Shown: positions 43,015 to 52,245 of the stretch, piece by piece
Layout of the letters: each line of letters begins with the position of its first letter
Position numbering within the stretch: the first letter of the stretch is position 1
Made by a program: the position numbers and the translations under genes
Notes under the pieces: model-generated
What the model saw: only the letters and a program-made list of their open reading frames with translations
The model's database searches: none
Told to the model about the DNA's origin: nothing
Assembly (NCBI GenBank): GCA_009692185.1
Contig: SHZT01000008.1
Location: 35,910 to 99,909, forward strand
From: Gemmatimonadota bacterium
GTDB lineage: Bacteria > Gemmatimonadota > Gemmatimonadetes > Gemmatimonadales > GWC2-71-9
DNA length: 64,000 nt
Direction of reading: 5' to 3'

Positions 43015-46000
43015 GTGAGATTCAGGTCTGGTCTTTTTGCGGCGGGCCTAGTCAGCCTGGGCGCGGCATCGGCCTCGGCACAGACGCGCGTCGTCACCGG
43101 CAAGGTGATTGACTCGCTGACCTCCGAAGTGGTCACGTCCGGGCAGGTGTCGGTCGTCGGGACGACGATCGGGACCACGATCAAGGAGGACGGAACGTTC
43201 ACCTTGGCTGCCCCGGCCCGGGATGTCTCCATCGCTGTCCGGAGCATCGGGTTCAAGCGGCGCGACGTGTCGGTGCCGGCGAGTCAGAGCGCGGTTCAGG
43301 TGAATCTCGAGCGCGACTACTTCCAGCTCGAAGCCATCGTCGTCACGGGCCAGGCCACGGGCGTCGAAAAGCGCAATCTCGCCAACGCGGTATCGACCGT
43401 AACCGGCGCGGAGGTGTCCAAGGTTTCCGCTCCGACGCTCGAGCAGGCGCTCTCCGGCAAGATGGCCGGCGTCCAGCTGTCCGAGAATTCCGGTGCGCCG
43501 GGCGGCGGCATGCGCGTGCGCCTGCGCGGCGCCACGTCGATCATCGGCGGCGGCAGTCCGCTCTACGTCGTGGACGGCGTCATTGCCAGCGACGCGCGCA
43601 TCGAGGGTGGGATGAACGCCGTGTCGCTGGCCCAGGGAGCCGGCATCACCAGCGTCGAGCAGATGAACCCGGTGAACCGGATCGCCGACTTGAACCCGAA
43701 CGACGTCGAGAGCGTGGAGGTCCTCAAAGGCGCCTCCGCCGCCGCGATCTACGGGTCCAAGGCCGCGAACGGCGTCATCCTCATCACCACCAAGCGCGGC
43801 CGCCTCGGTGCGCCGCGTTTCCAGATCCGGCAGGGCATTGGCACATCCATGCGGTCGTTCACATTCGGATCTCGCTACTTTTCAGATCTCGCCTCCGCCG
43901 TCCAGGCGTTCGGCGCCACGGCGGCGCAGCATTGGACGCCCGGCTACACGCCGTTCAACCTCGAAGACGACATCACGGGTTACAAGCCGCTGCAGTACGA
44001 GACGTCCGCCAACATGAGCGGCGGCACCGAGACGACGCAGTATTTCGCTTCGGCGCTGGTCCGGCACGAGGGTGGGGTGGCGCTCGAGACGTTTGCGGAC
44101 AAGGCTTCGGTCCGCCTCAATCTGGATCAGCAGGCCGGCCGGCTCAAGATTTCTGCGGGCACCGAAGTGATTCGCACGGCGAACGACCGCGGGATGTTCG
44201 GCAATGATAACGCCGGCACGAGCTACTACTTCGTCCTCCTGCACCATCCCAATTTCTTCGATCTCCGGGCGACCTGCCCCGATGGCTCCCGGCAGGCGAC
44301 GTGCAAGGGCGGCGTGTACCCGGTCAATCCGTACGTTACCAGCAACCCGCTGCAATCGGCGGTCCTCATGACCCGCGATGAGGTCGTGTGGCGCATGCTG
44401 AACAGCCTCCGGGGTGAGCTCGACGTGGTCTCCAGCACCCAGCACAAGCTCCGGCTGCTCACTACCGGCGGATTCGATCAGTTCATTCAGGAAGACAACA
44501 TCGTCTCGCCCCCCGAGTTGCAGTTTGAGCCCAACGACGGCTTGCCGGGAACCGTGGTGCGCTCCTTCGGGAACAGCTTCCAGGGGAACGTAAACGCGAA
44601 TCTGGTGCACACGTTCCGGTCGTCCGGGGGCTTCATTTCCGCGACTACCCAGTTCGGCACGCAGTACGAGTACCAGCGCCTGGTACTCGACCGCACCGCG
44701 AACAAGGGGCTGATCGCCGGGACGCCCACGGTCGCGTCGGGCACCCGCCAGACCATCGAGCAAGAGCTCACCCGGGTGAAGGACTTCGGATATTTCGCAC
44801 AGGAAGAGCTGTTCTTGTCGGAACGGTTGCTGCTGACCGGCGGCGTCCGCGCCGACCGCAGCAGCAACAACGCCGATACCAAGATGTTCTTCTACTATCC
44901 CAAGGCCTCCGCATCGTACCGCTTCTTGGCGGTTCCGGGACCGGTGGACGAACTGAAGCTGCGCGTGGCGTACGGCCAGACGGGCAACCGGCCGCTCTAC
45001 GGGCAGAAGTTCACCAATCTGAACGCCACGAATGTGGGCGGAATCGGCGGGGTGACGGTAGCCGCCGCTGCCGGGGCCGCCGATGCCCGACCCGAGCGGC
45101 AGACGGAGATCGAGGCGGGCTTCGATGCCCAGATGCTGGGTAACCGGGCCTTGCTCGAAGTCTCACTCTACCAGAAAACGAGCAACGACCTGTTGCTGCA
45201 ACGGACGCTGGCCCCGGTCACCGGCTTCTCATCCGAAATATTCAACGGGGCGGCAATGCGCGTCCGCGGACTGGAACTCGGGCTCAATCTGACGCCGGTG
45301 CGCAGCAGCAAGTGGACCTGGACGACGAACATGAACTGGGCAATGAACCGTAGCAAGATCACGAAGCTGCCGGTCCTGCCGTTCAACGCCGCGGGCGGCA
45401 CCAGCGGAGCGATCCGCATCGTGGAAGGCGGGTCCGCCACGGCCCTGTGGGCCAATGACACGCTGCCACGCGCCTCGTCGGCGGCCCCGTTCGTTCTTGA
45501 GTTCAAGTACCAGGGTGATGCGGCCCCGAGCTGGACCGGCGGCCTGGTGAACACCGTGCAGTTCCGGGCCGTCAGTCTCTCCGCCACCGTCGAAGCTGTG
45601 CGGGGAGGGTTGATGAACGCCGGCAGCTGGAGGCATTGGGACATCCAGCGGAACGGGTACGACTTCGAGGAGCCCGGCAATTGCGGCGGCACCCTGTCAC
45701 TGGGCGCGTGCCGGTTGAGCCTCCAGAACCAGGTCCCCATGAACTACTGGCGCAACGCGGGCTACGTGAAGTTGCGTGAATTGGCGCTGGGGGCGGACTT
45801 GCCCCAGTCCGTCACGAATCGTCTCTGGAGCGGAATGCGCCACGTCCGGGTGTCGGTCTCGGGCCGGAACCTCCTGCACCTCCAGAAGATCATTGGCGGT
45901 AACATGTTCCGCGGCACCGATCCGGCCGCGGCCAATTATCACAGCGGCAACCAGCGCTCGAACAATGTGGCGTACACCCGCGAATTCGCGGCGTACCCGT

Positions 46001-46041
46001 CCACCCGTTCGTTCTGGTTCTCGCTCGACATGGGATTCTGA
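43015..46041 (+). CDS. SusC/RagA-family TonB-dependent outer-membrane transporter (SusC-1)
   Basis: GTG start after GGGAGG. Signal peptide. CarboxypepD_reg-like TRVVTGKVIDSLTSEVVTSGQVSV. Plug FQLEAIVVTGQATGVEKRNLANAV...VEVLKGASAAAIYGSKAANGVILITTKRG. C-terminal ...SFWFSLDMGF. Confidence 0.9.
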   Translation: MRFRSGLFAAGLVSLGAASASAQTRVVTGKVIDSLTSEVVTSGQVSVVGTTIGTTIKEDGTFTLAAPARDVSIAVRSIGFKRRDVSVPASQSAVQVNLERDYFQLEAIVVTGQATGVEKRNLANAVSTVTGAEVSKVSAPTLEQALSGKMAGVQLSENSGAPGGGMRVRLRGATSIIGGGSPLYVVDGVIASDARIEGGMNAVSLAQGAGITSVEQMNPVNRIADLNPNDVESVEVLKGASAAAIYGSKAANGVILITTKRGRLGAPRFQIRQGIGTSMRSFTFGSRYFSDLASAVQAFGATAAQHWTPGYTPFNLEDDITGYKPLQYETSANMSGGTETTQYFASALVRHEGGVALETFADKASVRLNLDQQAGRLKISAGTEVIRTANDRGMFGNDNAGTSYYFVLLHHPNFFDLRATCPDGSRQATCKGGVYPVNPYVTSNPLQSAVLMTRDEVVWRMLNSLRGELDVVSSTQHKLRLLTTGGFDQFIQEDNIVSPPELQFEPNDGLPGTVVRSFGNSFQGNVNANLVHTFRSSGGFISATTQFGTQYEYQRLVLDRTANKGLIAGTPTVASGTRQTIEQELTRVKDFGYFAQEELFLSERLLLTGGVRADRSSNNADTKMFFYYPKASASYRFLAVPGPVDELKLRVAYGQTGNRPLYGQKFTNLNATNVGGIGGVTVAAAAGAADARPERQTEIEAGFDAQMLGNRALLEVSLYQKTSNDLLLQRTLAPVTGFSSEIFNGAAMRVRGLELGLNLTPVRSSKWTWTTNMNWAMNRSKITKLPVLPFNAAGGTSGAIRIVEGGSATALWANDTLPRASSAAPFVLEFKYQGDAAPSWTGGLVNTVQFRAVSLSATVEAVRGGLMNAGSWRHWDIQRNGYDFEEPGNCGGTLSLGACRLSLQNQVPMNYWRNAGYVKLRELALGADLPQSVTNRLWSGMRHVRVSVSGRNLLHLQKIIGGNMFRGTDPAAANYHSGNQRSNNVAYTREFAAYPSTRSFWFSLDMGF

Positions 46042-46043
46042 CC

Positions 46044-47444
46044 ATGACAACCAAACTGATTTCGGCCGTCGTACTGGCCGCCGCCCTCGCCGCGTCGACT
46101 GGCTGCGGCGATTTCGAGATTCCGAATGCCGACAACCCCAACCTGAACGCGCTGGAGGACAACCCGTCTCCCTCGGTGCTCATCAGTGCCACTCAGGGAC
46201 TGTTGCAGGGCATCCGCACTGGCACGACGACCAACCTGAGTACCTTCGCCCACTATGGCCGCGAGGGCTACTACATCGATGTCGCCCAGACCACGCTCTC
46301 GGCCTTCGACGTCGTGCTGACGCCGGGCACCGGTGGCGGGGGCGGGTGGAACAACACCTACCAGTATGTCCGGCTGGGCAACACCATTCTCACCGGCCTC
46401 GACAAGGTGGGGTCGGCCATGACAGACCAGCAGAAAGAGGGGATCCGGGGATTCGTCAAGACCGCGGGGGCGTACCTGCTGCATGGCCAGCTCCGTGCCA
46501 TGGACGCATTTGGCGTCGTCATCGCGACCGACAACATCAGTTCGACCCAGCTCCCGGCAGTCGCTTCAAAAACGGCGGCCTTTGCGTTCATCAACCAGCG
46601 GCTGGACGAAGGCCGCGTACACCTGCTGGCCGCGGGCGCGGCGTTCGCGTTCAGCCTGGGCACCGGGTTCGCGGGTTTCAGCACTCCCGCGACGTTCATA
46701 CAGGTCAACCGCGCGCTTCGCTCGCGGGTCGCGATCGAAGCGAACGACTACGCCGGGGCGGTAGCCGCCCTCGGGGCTTCGTTCGTGAACCCCGCGTCCG
46801 CCATGGACCTGGGACCCAAGAACATCTACTCCACGGCCACGGGTGATGCGGTCAACGGGTTTTTTGATCCGAACGGGTTTTCCTACGTGGCCGACTCCAT
46901 GTTGCCGGTCGAGGCGCAGCTCCGGCTCGGTGCCACCAAGGACTTGCGCGTCACCAGCAAGATGACACGCATCCTCGGACCGGGCGGAGTGTTCCAGACC
47001 CGAAAACACACCGGCGTGGAATCGGGCTTTCGCTGGACCCTCTACAGCACCTCCAGCTCGCCGATTCCGATCATCAAGAACGAGGAGTTGCTCCTGATCC
47101 GGGCGGAGGCCCGCTGGCGCACCGGCGATCAGCCCGGCGCCCTGGCGGACATCAATGCGGTCCGCACGGTCTCCGGCGGCCTCCCAGCCCTCGGGGCGAT
47201 AGCGAGTGATGCCGCCTTCGACAACGAACTACTCTACAACCGGCGGTACTCCCTGTTGCTCGAGTACGGGCACCGGTGGGTGGACCTCCGCCGGTTCAAC
47301 CGGCTGACCGATCTGAAGGGCCCCCGCGGCGCGGGCGACCTGGTGTTCGACAAGGTCCCGCTGCCTCAGTCCGAGTGTGATCAGCGCCCCGATCCCAAGC
47401 CGACCGGATGCAGCCAGGTGAGCGGCTTCCGGACCACGTCGTAA
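46044..47444 (+). CDS. SusD/RagB-family lipoprotein (SusD-1)
   Basis: Starts 2 nt after SusC-1. Lipobox LAASTGC. ...IIKNEELLLIRAEARWRTGDQPGALADINAVR...YSLLLEYGHRWVDLRR. Confidence 0.85.
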   Translation: MTTKLISAVVLAAALAASTGCGDFEIPNADNPNLNALEDNPSPSVLISATQGLLQGIRTGTTTNLSTFAHYGREGYYIDVAQTTLSAFDVVLTPGTGGGGGWNNTYQYVRLGNTILTGLDKVGSAMTDQQKEGIRGFVKTAGAYLLHGQLRAMDAFGVVIATDNISSTQLPAVASKTAAFAFINQRLDEGRVHLLAAGAAFAFSLGTGFAGFSTPATFIQVNRALRSRVAIEANDYAGAVAALGASFVNPASAMDLGPKNIYSTATGDAVNGFFDPNGFSYVADSMLPVEAQLRLGATKDLRVTSKMTRILGPGGVFQTRKHTGVESGFRWTLYSTSSSPIPIIKNEELLLIRAEARWRTGDQPGALADINAVRTVSGGLPALGAIASDAAFDNELLYNRRYSLLLEYGHRWVDLRRFNRLTDLKGPRGAGDLVFDKVPLPQSECDQRPDPKPTGCSQVSGFRTTS

Positions 47445-47463
47445 GCTCCTCGAGGAGGGTTTG

Positions 47464-48834
47464 ATGAAGTCCAGATCGCTGGTCGCAGCAATCGCATTGG
47501 CCGGCGCCGCTGCCGGGCCCGCGCTCGCGCAGCGCGGCGGCGAGCATCCGGCACCCGGCATGGCCGGCAGCCGGAACATGAAGGTCTTGGCACATATACC
47601 GCTCGGCGGGCCATTCTACGCCAACGACATCAAGGTGGAGCAGGAGCTGTCACGCCCCTACGCCTACGTGTCAGGGCGCTCGCACTTCGGCTACTACATC
47701 ATCGACCTCAAGGATCCCGGCAAGGCCCGGCTGCTCTATAGCTGGAGGATCGAGAACCCCGAGCTGCACCGTGGGCGCGCCCTGAGCGCGATGCACCTCA
47801 AGACCAACGGCAGATACTATCTCACGCAGTCATTCCAGTTCCAGGCGGGCGGCCCGGACAACGATCTCGGCGCAGTCATCTTCGACGTGACCAGACTTCC
47901 GGATACGACGACGATTCGTGAGGTCGCGCGCATCCGGGTGCCGGACGCTCCCGGAGGATTCCACGAAACCTATGCCTACAAACACTCCGATGGCCGCGCC
48001 CTTCTCTTTACGACCTCAAGCCAGGCCTTTGCCCGGGTCTACGACATCGCCAAGACGGTCACCGGCGACAAGGAGTTCGGCCTGATCGGGAAGGTTCCGA
48101 ACCCGACGTCGCAGGCCGCCGGGACTGACCGCGGGTATCACGACTTTTACGTGGGCTACGACCCGGCTACCAAGCAGGACCGGTTCTTCGGGGCGGGCGG
48201 CGGTGGTTTCTACGTCTACGACGTCACCAACATCGCCGAGCCGAAGCTGGTGGCTTCCGCCACCGGCATCTCGGGCATGCAAAACGGCCACACGTTCACA
48301 CCGACACCCGACGGCCGCTACGCGGTGCTGGAGTCGGAGTACCAGTACGCCCCTCTCCGCATCATCGATCTCAAGCCCGCGTACGACGGAACCGTGACGA
48401 CCGTTTCTCGACCAATTGGCGCGTGGACCCAACGCTGGCAAGGCCTGCCCCATAACCATGAAGTGCGCTGGCCGTATGTCTTTGTCACGACGTATGAGGA
48501 CGGGGTCCAGGTTTTTAACATGATGGATCCAACGAATCCATACACCGTCGCTTCGTACGACACCTACGACGGGCCGGTCATGATGAACAAGAGCAAGCCC
48601 TTCGATCCACCTACGCCGGGCGAGGGTGACGTCACCATCGGCAGCTTCGGCATCGATGTCCGGAACGCGGACGGCCTGATCGTATCCGCGGATCTGAACA
48701 CCGGATTCTGGGTCTTCAAGATGGAAGGCTTTGACGGCTGGAACGGCCGTCAGTGGGGCATGCCCAACCAGTCCAGCGCCCAAGACTGGGATAACGGGCC
48801 GGACGGCGCCCCGAAGCCCCAAAAGGTCAGTTAG
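47464..48834 (+). CDS. secreted LVIVD-repeat beta-propeller protein, paralogue 3
   Basis: MKSRSLVAAIALAGAAAGPALAQ. Motifs: EQELSRPYAYV, ENPELHRG, FQAGGPDNDLGA, DVTRLPDT, YKHSDGRALLF, HTFTPTPDGRYA, VRWPYVFV, YEDGVQVFNMMDPTNP, GIDVRNADGLIVSAD, EGFDGWNGRQWGMPNQSSAQDWDNGP. Confidence 0.9.
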   Translation: MKSRSLVAAIALAGAAAGPALAQRGGEHPAPGMAGSRNMKVLAHIPLGGPFYANDIKVEQELSRPYAYVSGRSHFGYYIIDLKDPGKARLLYSWRIENPELHRGRALSAMHLKTNGRYYLTQSFQFQAGGPDNDLGAVIFDVTRLPDTTTIREVARIRVPDAPGGFHETYAYKHSDGRALLFTTSSQAFARVYDIAKTVTGDKEFGLIGKVPNPTSQAAGTDRGYHDFYVGYDPATKQDRFFGAGGGGFYVYDVTNIAEPKLVASATGISGMQNGHTFTPTPDGRYAVLESEYQYAPLRIIDLKPAYDGTVTTVSRPIGAWTQRWQGLPHNHEVRWPYVFVTTYEDGVQVFNMMDPTNPYTVASYDTYDGPVMMNKSKPFDPPTPGEGDVTIGSFGIDVRNADGLIVSADLNTGFWVFKMEGFDGWNGRQWGMPNQSSAQDWDNGPDGAPKPQKVS

Positions 48835-48847
48835 AGAGGGGCTTTCG

Positions 48848-50218
48848 ATGACGCATAAAACCGCGGGCGCCACGCTGGTCCTGCTCCTGGCCGGAGTTGG
48901 GCCGGCGTCCGCGCAATATCGTGCGGGCCAGAACGCCAGTCCCAACGTCAAGCTGGTCTCCCATCTCCCGCTCGCGGGTCCGCGCAACGGCACCGAGATC
49001 CAGATCGCCGATATCGAGATCGAGCAGGAACTGTCCCGGCCCTATGCGTATGTGTCGCGCGGGCGTCGTCCGGACGGATTCAACATCATCGATCTGCGGG
49101 AACCGAGTCGGGCGCGGCTGCTCTATTCCTGGTTCATCGAGAATCCCGAGCTTCACCAGGGCCGGGGCGTTAATGGAAAGTATTTCAAGCTCAACCGCCG
49201 CTATTACTACGTGCAGGCATTTCAATTCCGGGGCGCCGGTCCGGACAACGACCTCTCGGCGGTTGTCGTCGATGTCACCAGCCTTCCCGATACGACTCGG
49301 GTAAGGGAAGCCGGCAGGATTCGCGTTCCGGAGGCCCGGGGGGGAGCACACAATCTCTTCACCTACAAGCACTCCGATGGACGGGTACTCCTGTTCCTGA
49401 CGGTCACCGCGCCCGCCGGATACCCATATGGTGCCCTCGTCTACGACATGGAGAAATTCCTGGCCGGCGCGCCGGACAACGGGTTAATCGGAGGGATCCC
49501 GCTCCCGGAGCCGCGCGGCGCGGCGAATGGCTATCACGACGTGTACGTGGCCTACGATGTGGCCAGCCACCGCGACCTGTTCTACGCCGGTGGGCCGGAG
49601 ACGACACCGCTCGGCGGAAATTACGTCTACGACATTTCCGACGTGAGGGCTCCCAAGCTGGTCGCGACCGTCATCGCGCAGGCGTCCATGCAGTCGGGAG
49701 GTCACACCTTCGTCGCGACCCCCGATGGCCGCTATGCCCTCACGCTCATGACCTCGCTGGGCCATCAGCCGGTGCGGTTCTTTGACCTGAAGCCCGCGCT
49801 GGACGGTACGGTGCCGGTGATTCGGCAGCCGATCGCCGAGTGGACACCCGATGCGAAGAAGTCCGGTCACATGATCGAAATCCGGTGGCCGTACGTGTTC
49901 CTCGCCATGTACGAGGATGGCCTCCACGTGCTCGACATGCGGAATCCCACCGATCCGGCCCACGTCGGTTTCTACGACACCTTCAATTACAAGACGCCCT
50001 ACGGGGTCGGGACCGAAGCGCAGGGCGGCTACGGTGTGGACGTGCGAAATGCGGATGGCCTGATCGTGATGGCGGACATGCACAGCGGATTCTGGGCCTT
50101 CCGGCTCGACGGGTTCACCGGCTGGAACGGGCACGACTGGGGCATGCCCAACGTGTCCAGCGCTCAGGACTGGGACAACGGCCCCGAGGGAGTCCCCAAG
50201 ACCGGCAAGACGAGCTGA
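48848..50218 (+). CDS. secreted LVIVD-repeat beta-propeller protein, paralogue 4
   Basis: MTHKTAGATLVLLLAGVGPASAQ. Same block order as paralogue 3 (EQELSRPYAYV, ENPELHQG, GAGPDNDLSA, YKHSDGRVLLF, HTFVATPDGRYA, IRWPYVFL, YEDGLHVLDMRNPTDP, DVRNADGLIVMAD, DGFTGWNGHDWGMPNVSSAQDWDNGP). Confidence 0.9.
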   Translation: MTHKTAGATLVLLLAGVGPASAQYRAGQNASPNVKLVSHLPLAGPRNGTEIQIADIEIEQELSRPYAYVSRGRRPDGFNIIDLREPSRARLLYSWFIENPELHQGRGVNGKYFKLNRRYYYVQAFQFRGAGPDNDLSAVVVDVTSLPDTTRVREAGRIRVPEARGGAHNLFTYKHSDGRVLLFLTVTAPAGYPYGALVYDMEKFLAGAPDNGLIGGIPLPEPRGAANGYHDVYVAYDVASHRDLFYAGGPETTPLGGNYVYDISDVRAPKLVATVIAQASMQSGGHTFVATPDGRYALTLMTSLGHQPVRFFDLKPALDGTVPVIRQPIAEWTPDAKKSGHMIEIRWPYVFLAMYEDGLHVLDMRNPTDPAHVGFYDTFNYKTPYGVGTEAQGGYGVDVRNADGLIVMADMHSGFWAFRLDGFTGWNGHDWGMPNVSSAQDWDNGPEGVPKTGKTS

Positions 50219-50219
50219 A

Positions 50220-52199
50220 CTACCTTCCGCTGAGCGACGCCGCGCCACCTGGCGTCACCACCTTGTCGTTCAGGTGCTGGTTGAAGAAGTCGAGCATGTC
50301 GAGCAGCATTTGCCTCGTGTTGGCCACGCTCGTGACGTAAAAGTTTTCGTTGGGGTACGCCTTGTAGCGAACCACCTTGTACAGGCGCTCCATCTCCTTG
50401 GCGAACTGAAGCATCTGCGGCGATTCGGGGAAGTGCCCCTCGCCCCACACCAGGAACGTCGGCGTCTGAATGTCCTTGATCCAGTAGAACGGGGAGTTCC
50501 GACGATATACGTCCTCGTTTTGCTCGAACGGACCGAATTCATAGGCAAGTTGTTGAATGTGGCGGTATTCGCCTTCTTTCATGAACCCGACGCGATCGGG
50601 GTATGCTGAGGCGGGGATCGCCGCCTGAAACACGCCCGGTGCCCAGGTGATGGCCGACGTGCTCATGTGTCCACCGTAACTGGAGCCGGCGATGCCCATC
50701 TTTGCCGCATTGACATAGGGCAGCTTCTTCAGATAATCCACCCCTGCCACCACGTCCCGCAGATCGCAGTGTCCCCAACAACCGTTGTTGGCCATCTCGA
50801 ACGCGCGGCCATACCCGGAACTTCCCCGCACGTTGGGCAGCAGCACCACGTACCCTTGCCTGGCGAAAAACTGCGCCTGTTGTTGATAGGTGTCGCTGAA
50901 CTGCGCGGTGGGCCCTCCGTGTGCCAGGACGATGGCCGGGAACCTGTCGGTGGGACCGATCACGGGTGGCTTGTAGAGGTAGGCATTGATCGTGAGCGTG
51001 TCGCTCCGGTACGCGGTTTTTTCCGGAACGACGAGCTGCTGCTCGATATTTCCGCCGGGGGCCGAGTAGGTGAGCTGACGGGCCTGGCCGCCCTCCACCG
51101 GCACGATGTAGAGGTCGGCGGACCGGGTCGGCGTCGCCATGGTGTAGCTCAGGCGCCTGCCGTCGGGTGACCAGGCCGGATTCGCGATGACGCCCGTTCC
51201 CGGAGGCGCGGCCGCCACCCGGCTGACGCCACCGGCAGCGGACACCATTCGCAGGTCGTGTGTCCCATTCCGGTTCGAGACATAGGCGATCTGTTTGCCG
51301 TCGGGGGACCAGCGGGCCTCGCTCTGCTCGGCCGGCTCCGGCGCGATCGGTCGGGGGCTGCCACCGGCCAGGGGCACAGCCCAGTAGTTGATCCAGCCGC
51401 TCCGTTGCGAGCGGAAGAGCACGGTTTGGCCGTCGGGTGATATCAGGGGATACCCGAACGTGCTTCCTTCGCCGTAATCGAAGAAGTCACTGTCCTTGGT
51501 GATCAGGCGCGGTGCCGCACCCGGGGCCGCCAGGTCCAGCTCCAGGACCTCATGCTCCATCCAGCGGTCGTCCAGGCGGACATAGACCAGCATCCGCCCG
51601 TCCGGGGTCCACGCGGGGTACGCCTCGAGCCGGGTATCCGTGGTGAGGCGATGGACCTCCCCGGTCGGCACCGCCACCTTCCAGAGATCGAAATTGCCGT
51701 GGCGGTTCCCTCCGAGCGCGATCCACTTTCCGTCCGGCGACCACGCATATGAGTTCACCCGTTGGCCACCGAGGGAGGTCAGCTGGAGTTGGCGTCCGTC
51801 GCGCGCGGACCAGAGCCAGATTTCCGGCGAGCCGCTCTTGTCGGAGACGAAGGAGATCCATGCGCCGTCGGGCGACCAGGTGTGCATCTGCGGCGCGGGA
51901 AGGAAGAGGCCTCCGGTTCCGAGGTCGGCGGCGAAGCGGGTGGGGAATCCCCCTTCCGGGCTCACCCCCCAGATGCTGGTGCCACCGCCACCCAGGCTCG
52001 ACAGGAACGTGATCCGGGTGCCGCCGGGCGCCCACTGCGGGGTCTCGCTGACCAGCGATCGCACCGCGAGCACCCGCTCGACCCACGCGCGCGGCGCCCA
52101 ACCCTCGCCTGGTGCCCCGGGGGGACGCATCCCGGCGGGCGTCTGGGCCGCAAGCGGAGAGGTAACCAGCGCAATCAGCAGCAGAACGGGGCGGCGCAT
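50220..52199 (-). CDS. secreted S9-family serine peptidase (prolyl oligopeptidase/DPP type) with TolB-like beta-propeller
   Basis: Signal peptide MRRPVLLLIALVTSPLAAQ. Repeated WSPDG propeller blades. Catalytic domain GIAGSSYGGHM (GxSxGG nucleophile). Confidence 0.9.
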   Translation of the reverse strand: MRRPVLLLIALVTSPLAAQTPAGMRPPGAPGEGWAPRAWVERVLAVRSLVSETPQWAPGGTRITFLSSLGGGGTSIWGVSPEGGFPTRFAADLGTGGLFLPAPQMHTWSPDGAWISFVSDKSGSPEIWLWSARDGRQLQLTSLGGQRVNSYAWSPDGKWIALGGNRHGNFDLWKVAVPTGEVHRLTTDTRLEAYPAWTPDGRMLVYVRLDDRWMEHEVLELDLAAPGAAPRLITKDSDFFDYGEGSTFGYPLISPDGQTVLFRSQRSGWINYWAVPLAGGSPRPIAPEPAEQSEARWSPDGKQIAYVSNRNGTHDLRMVSAAGGVSRVAAAPPGTGVIANPAWSPDGRRLSYTMATPTRSADLYIVPVEGGQARQLTYSAPGGNIEQQLVVPEKTAYRSDTLTINAYLYKPPVIGPTDRFPAIVLAHGGPTAQFSDTYQQQAQFFARQGYVVLLPNVRGSSGYGRAFEMANNGCWGHCDLRDVVAGVDYLKKLPYVNAAKMGIAGSSYGGHMSTSAITWAPGVFQAAIPASAYPDRVGFMKEGEYRHIQQLAYEFGPFEQNEDVYRRNSPFYWIKDIQTPTFLVWGEGHFPESPQMLQFAKEMERLYKVVRYKAYPNENFYVTSVANTRQMLLDMLDFFNQHLNDKVVTPGGAASLSGR

Positions 52200-52245
52200 G
52201 GGGGATCCTTCCAGATAGAGTTCCGGTTGATACGATCCGAGCCGC

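Noticed and set aside
50216-50222. Convergent LVIVD-4 and S9 peptidase stop codons separated by 1 nt with no terminator
   Set aside because: This is real in the sequence, but convergent genes that lack an intergenic terminator are not rare in compact high-GC genomes. It is noted only as context for the locus.
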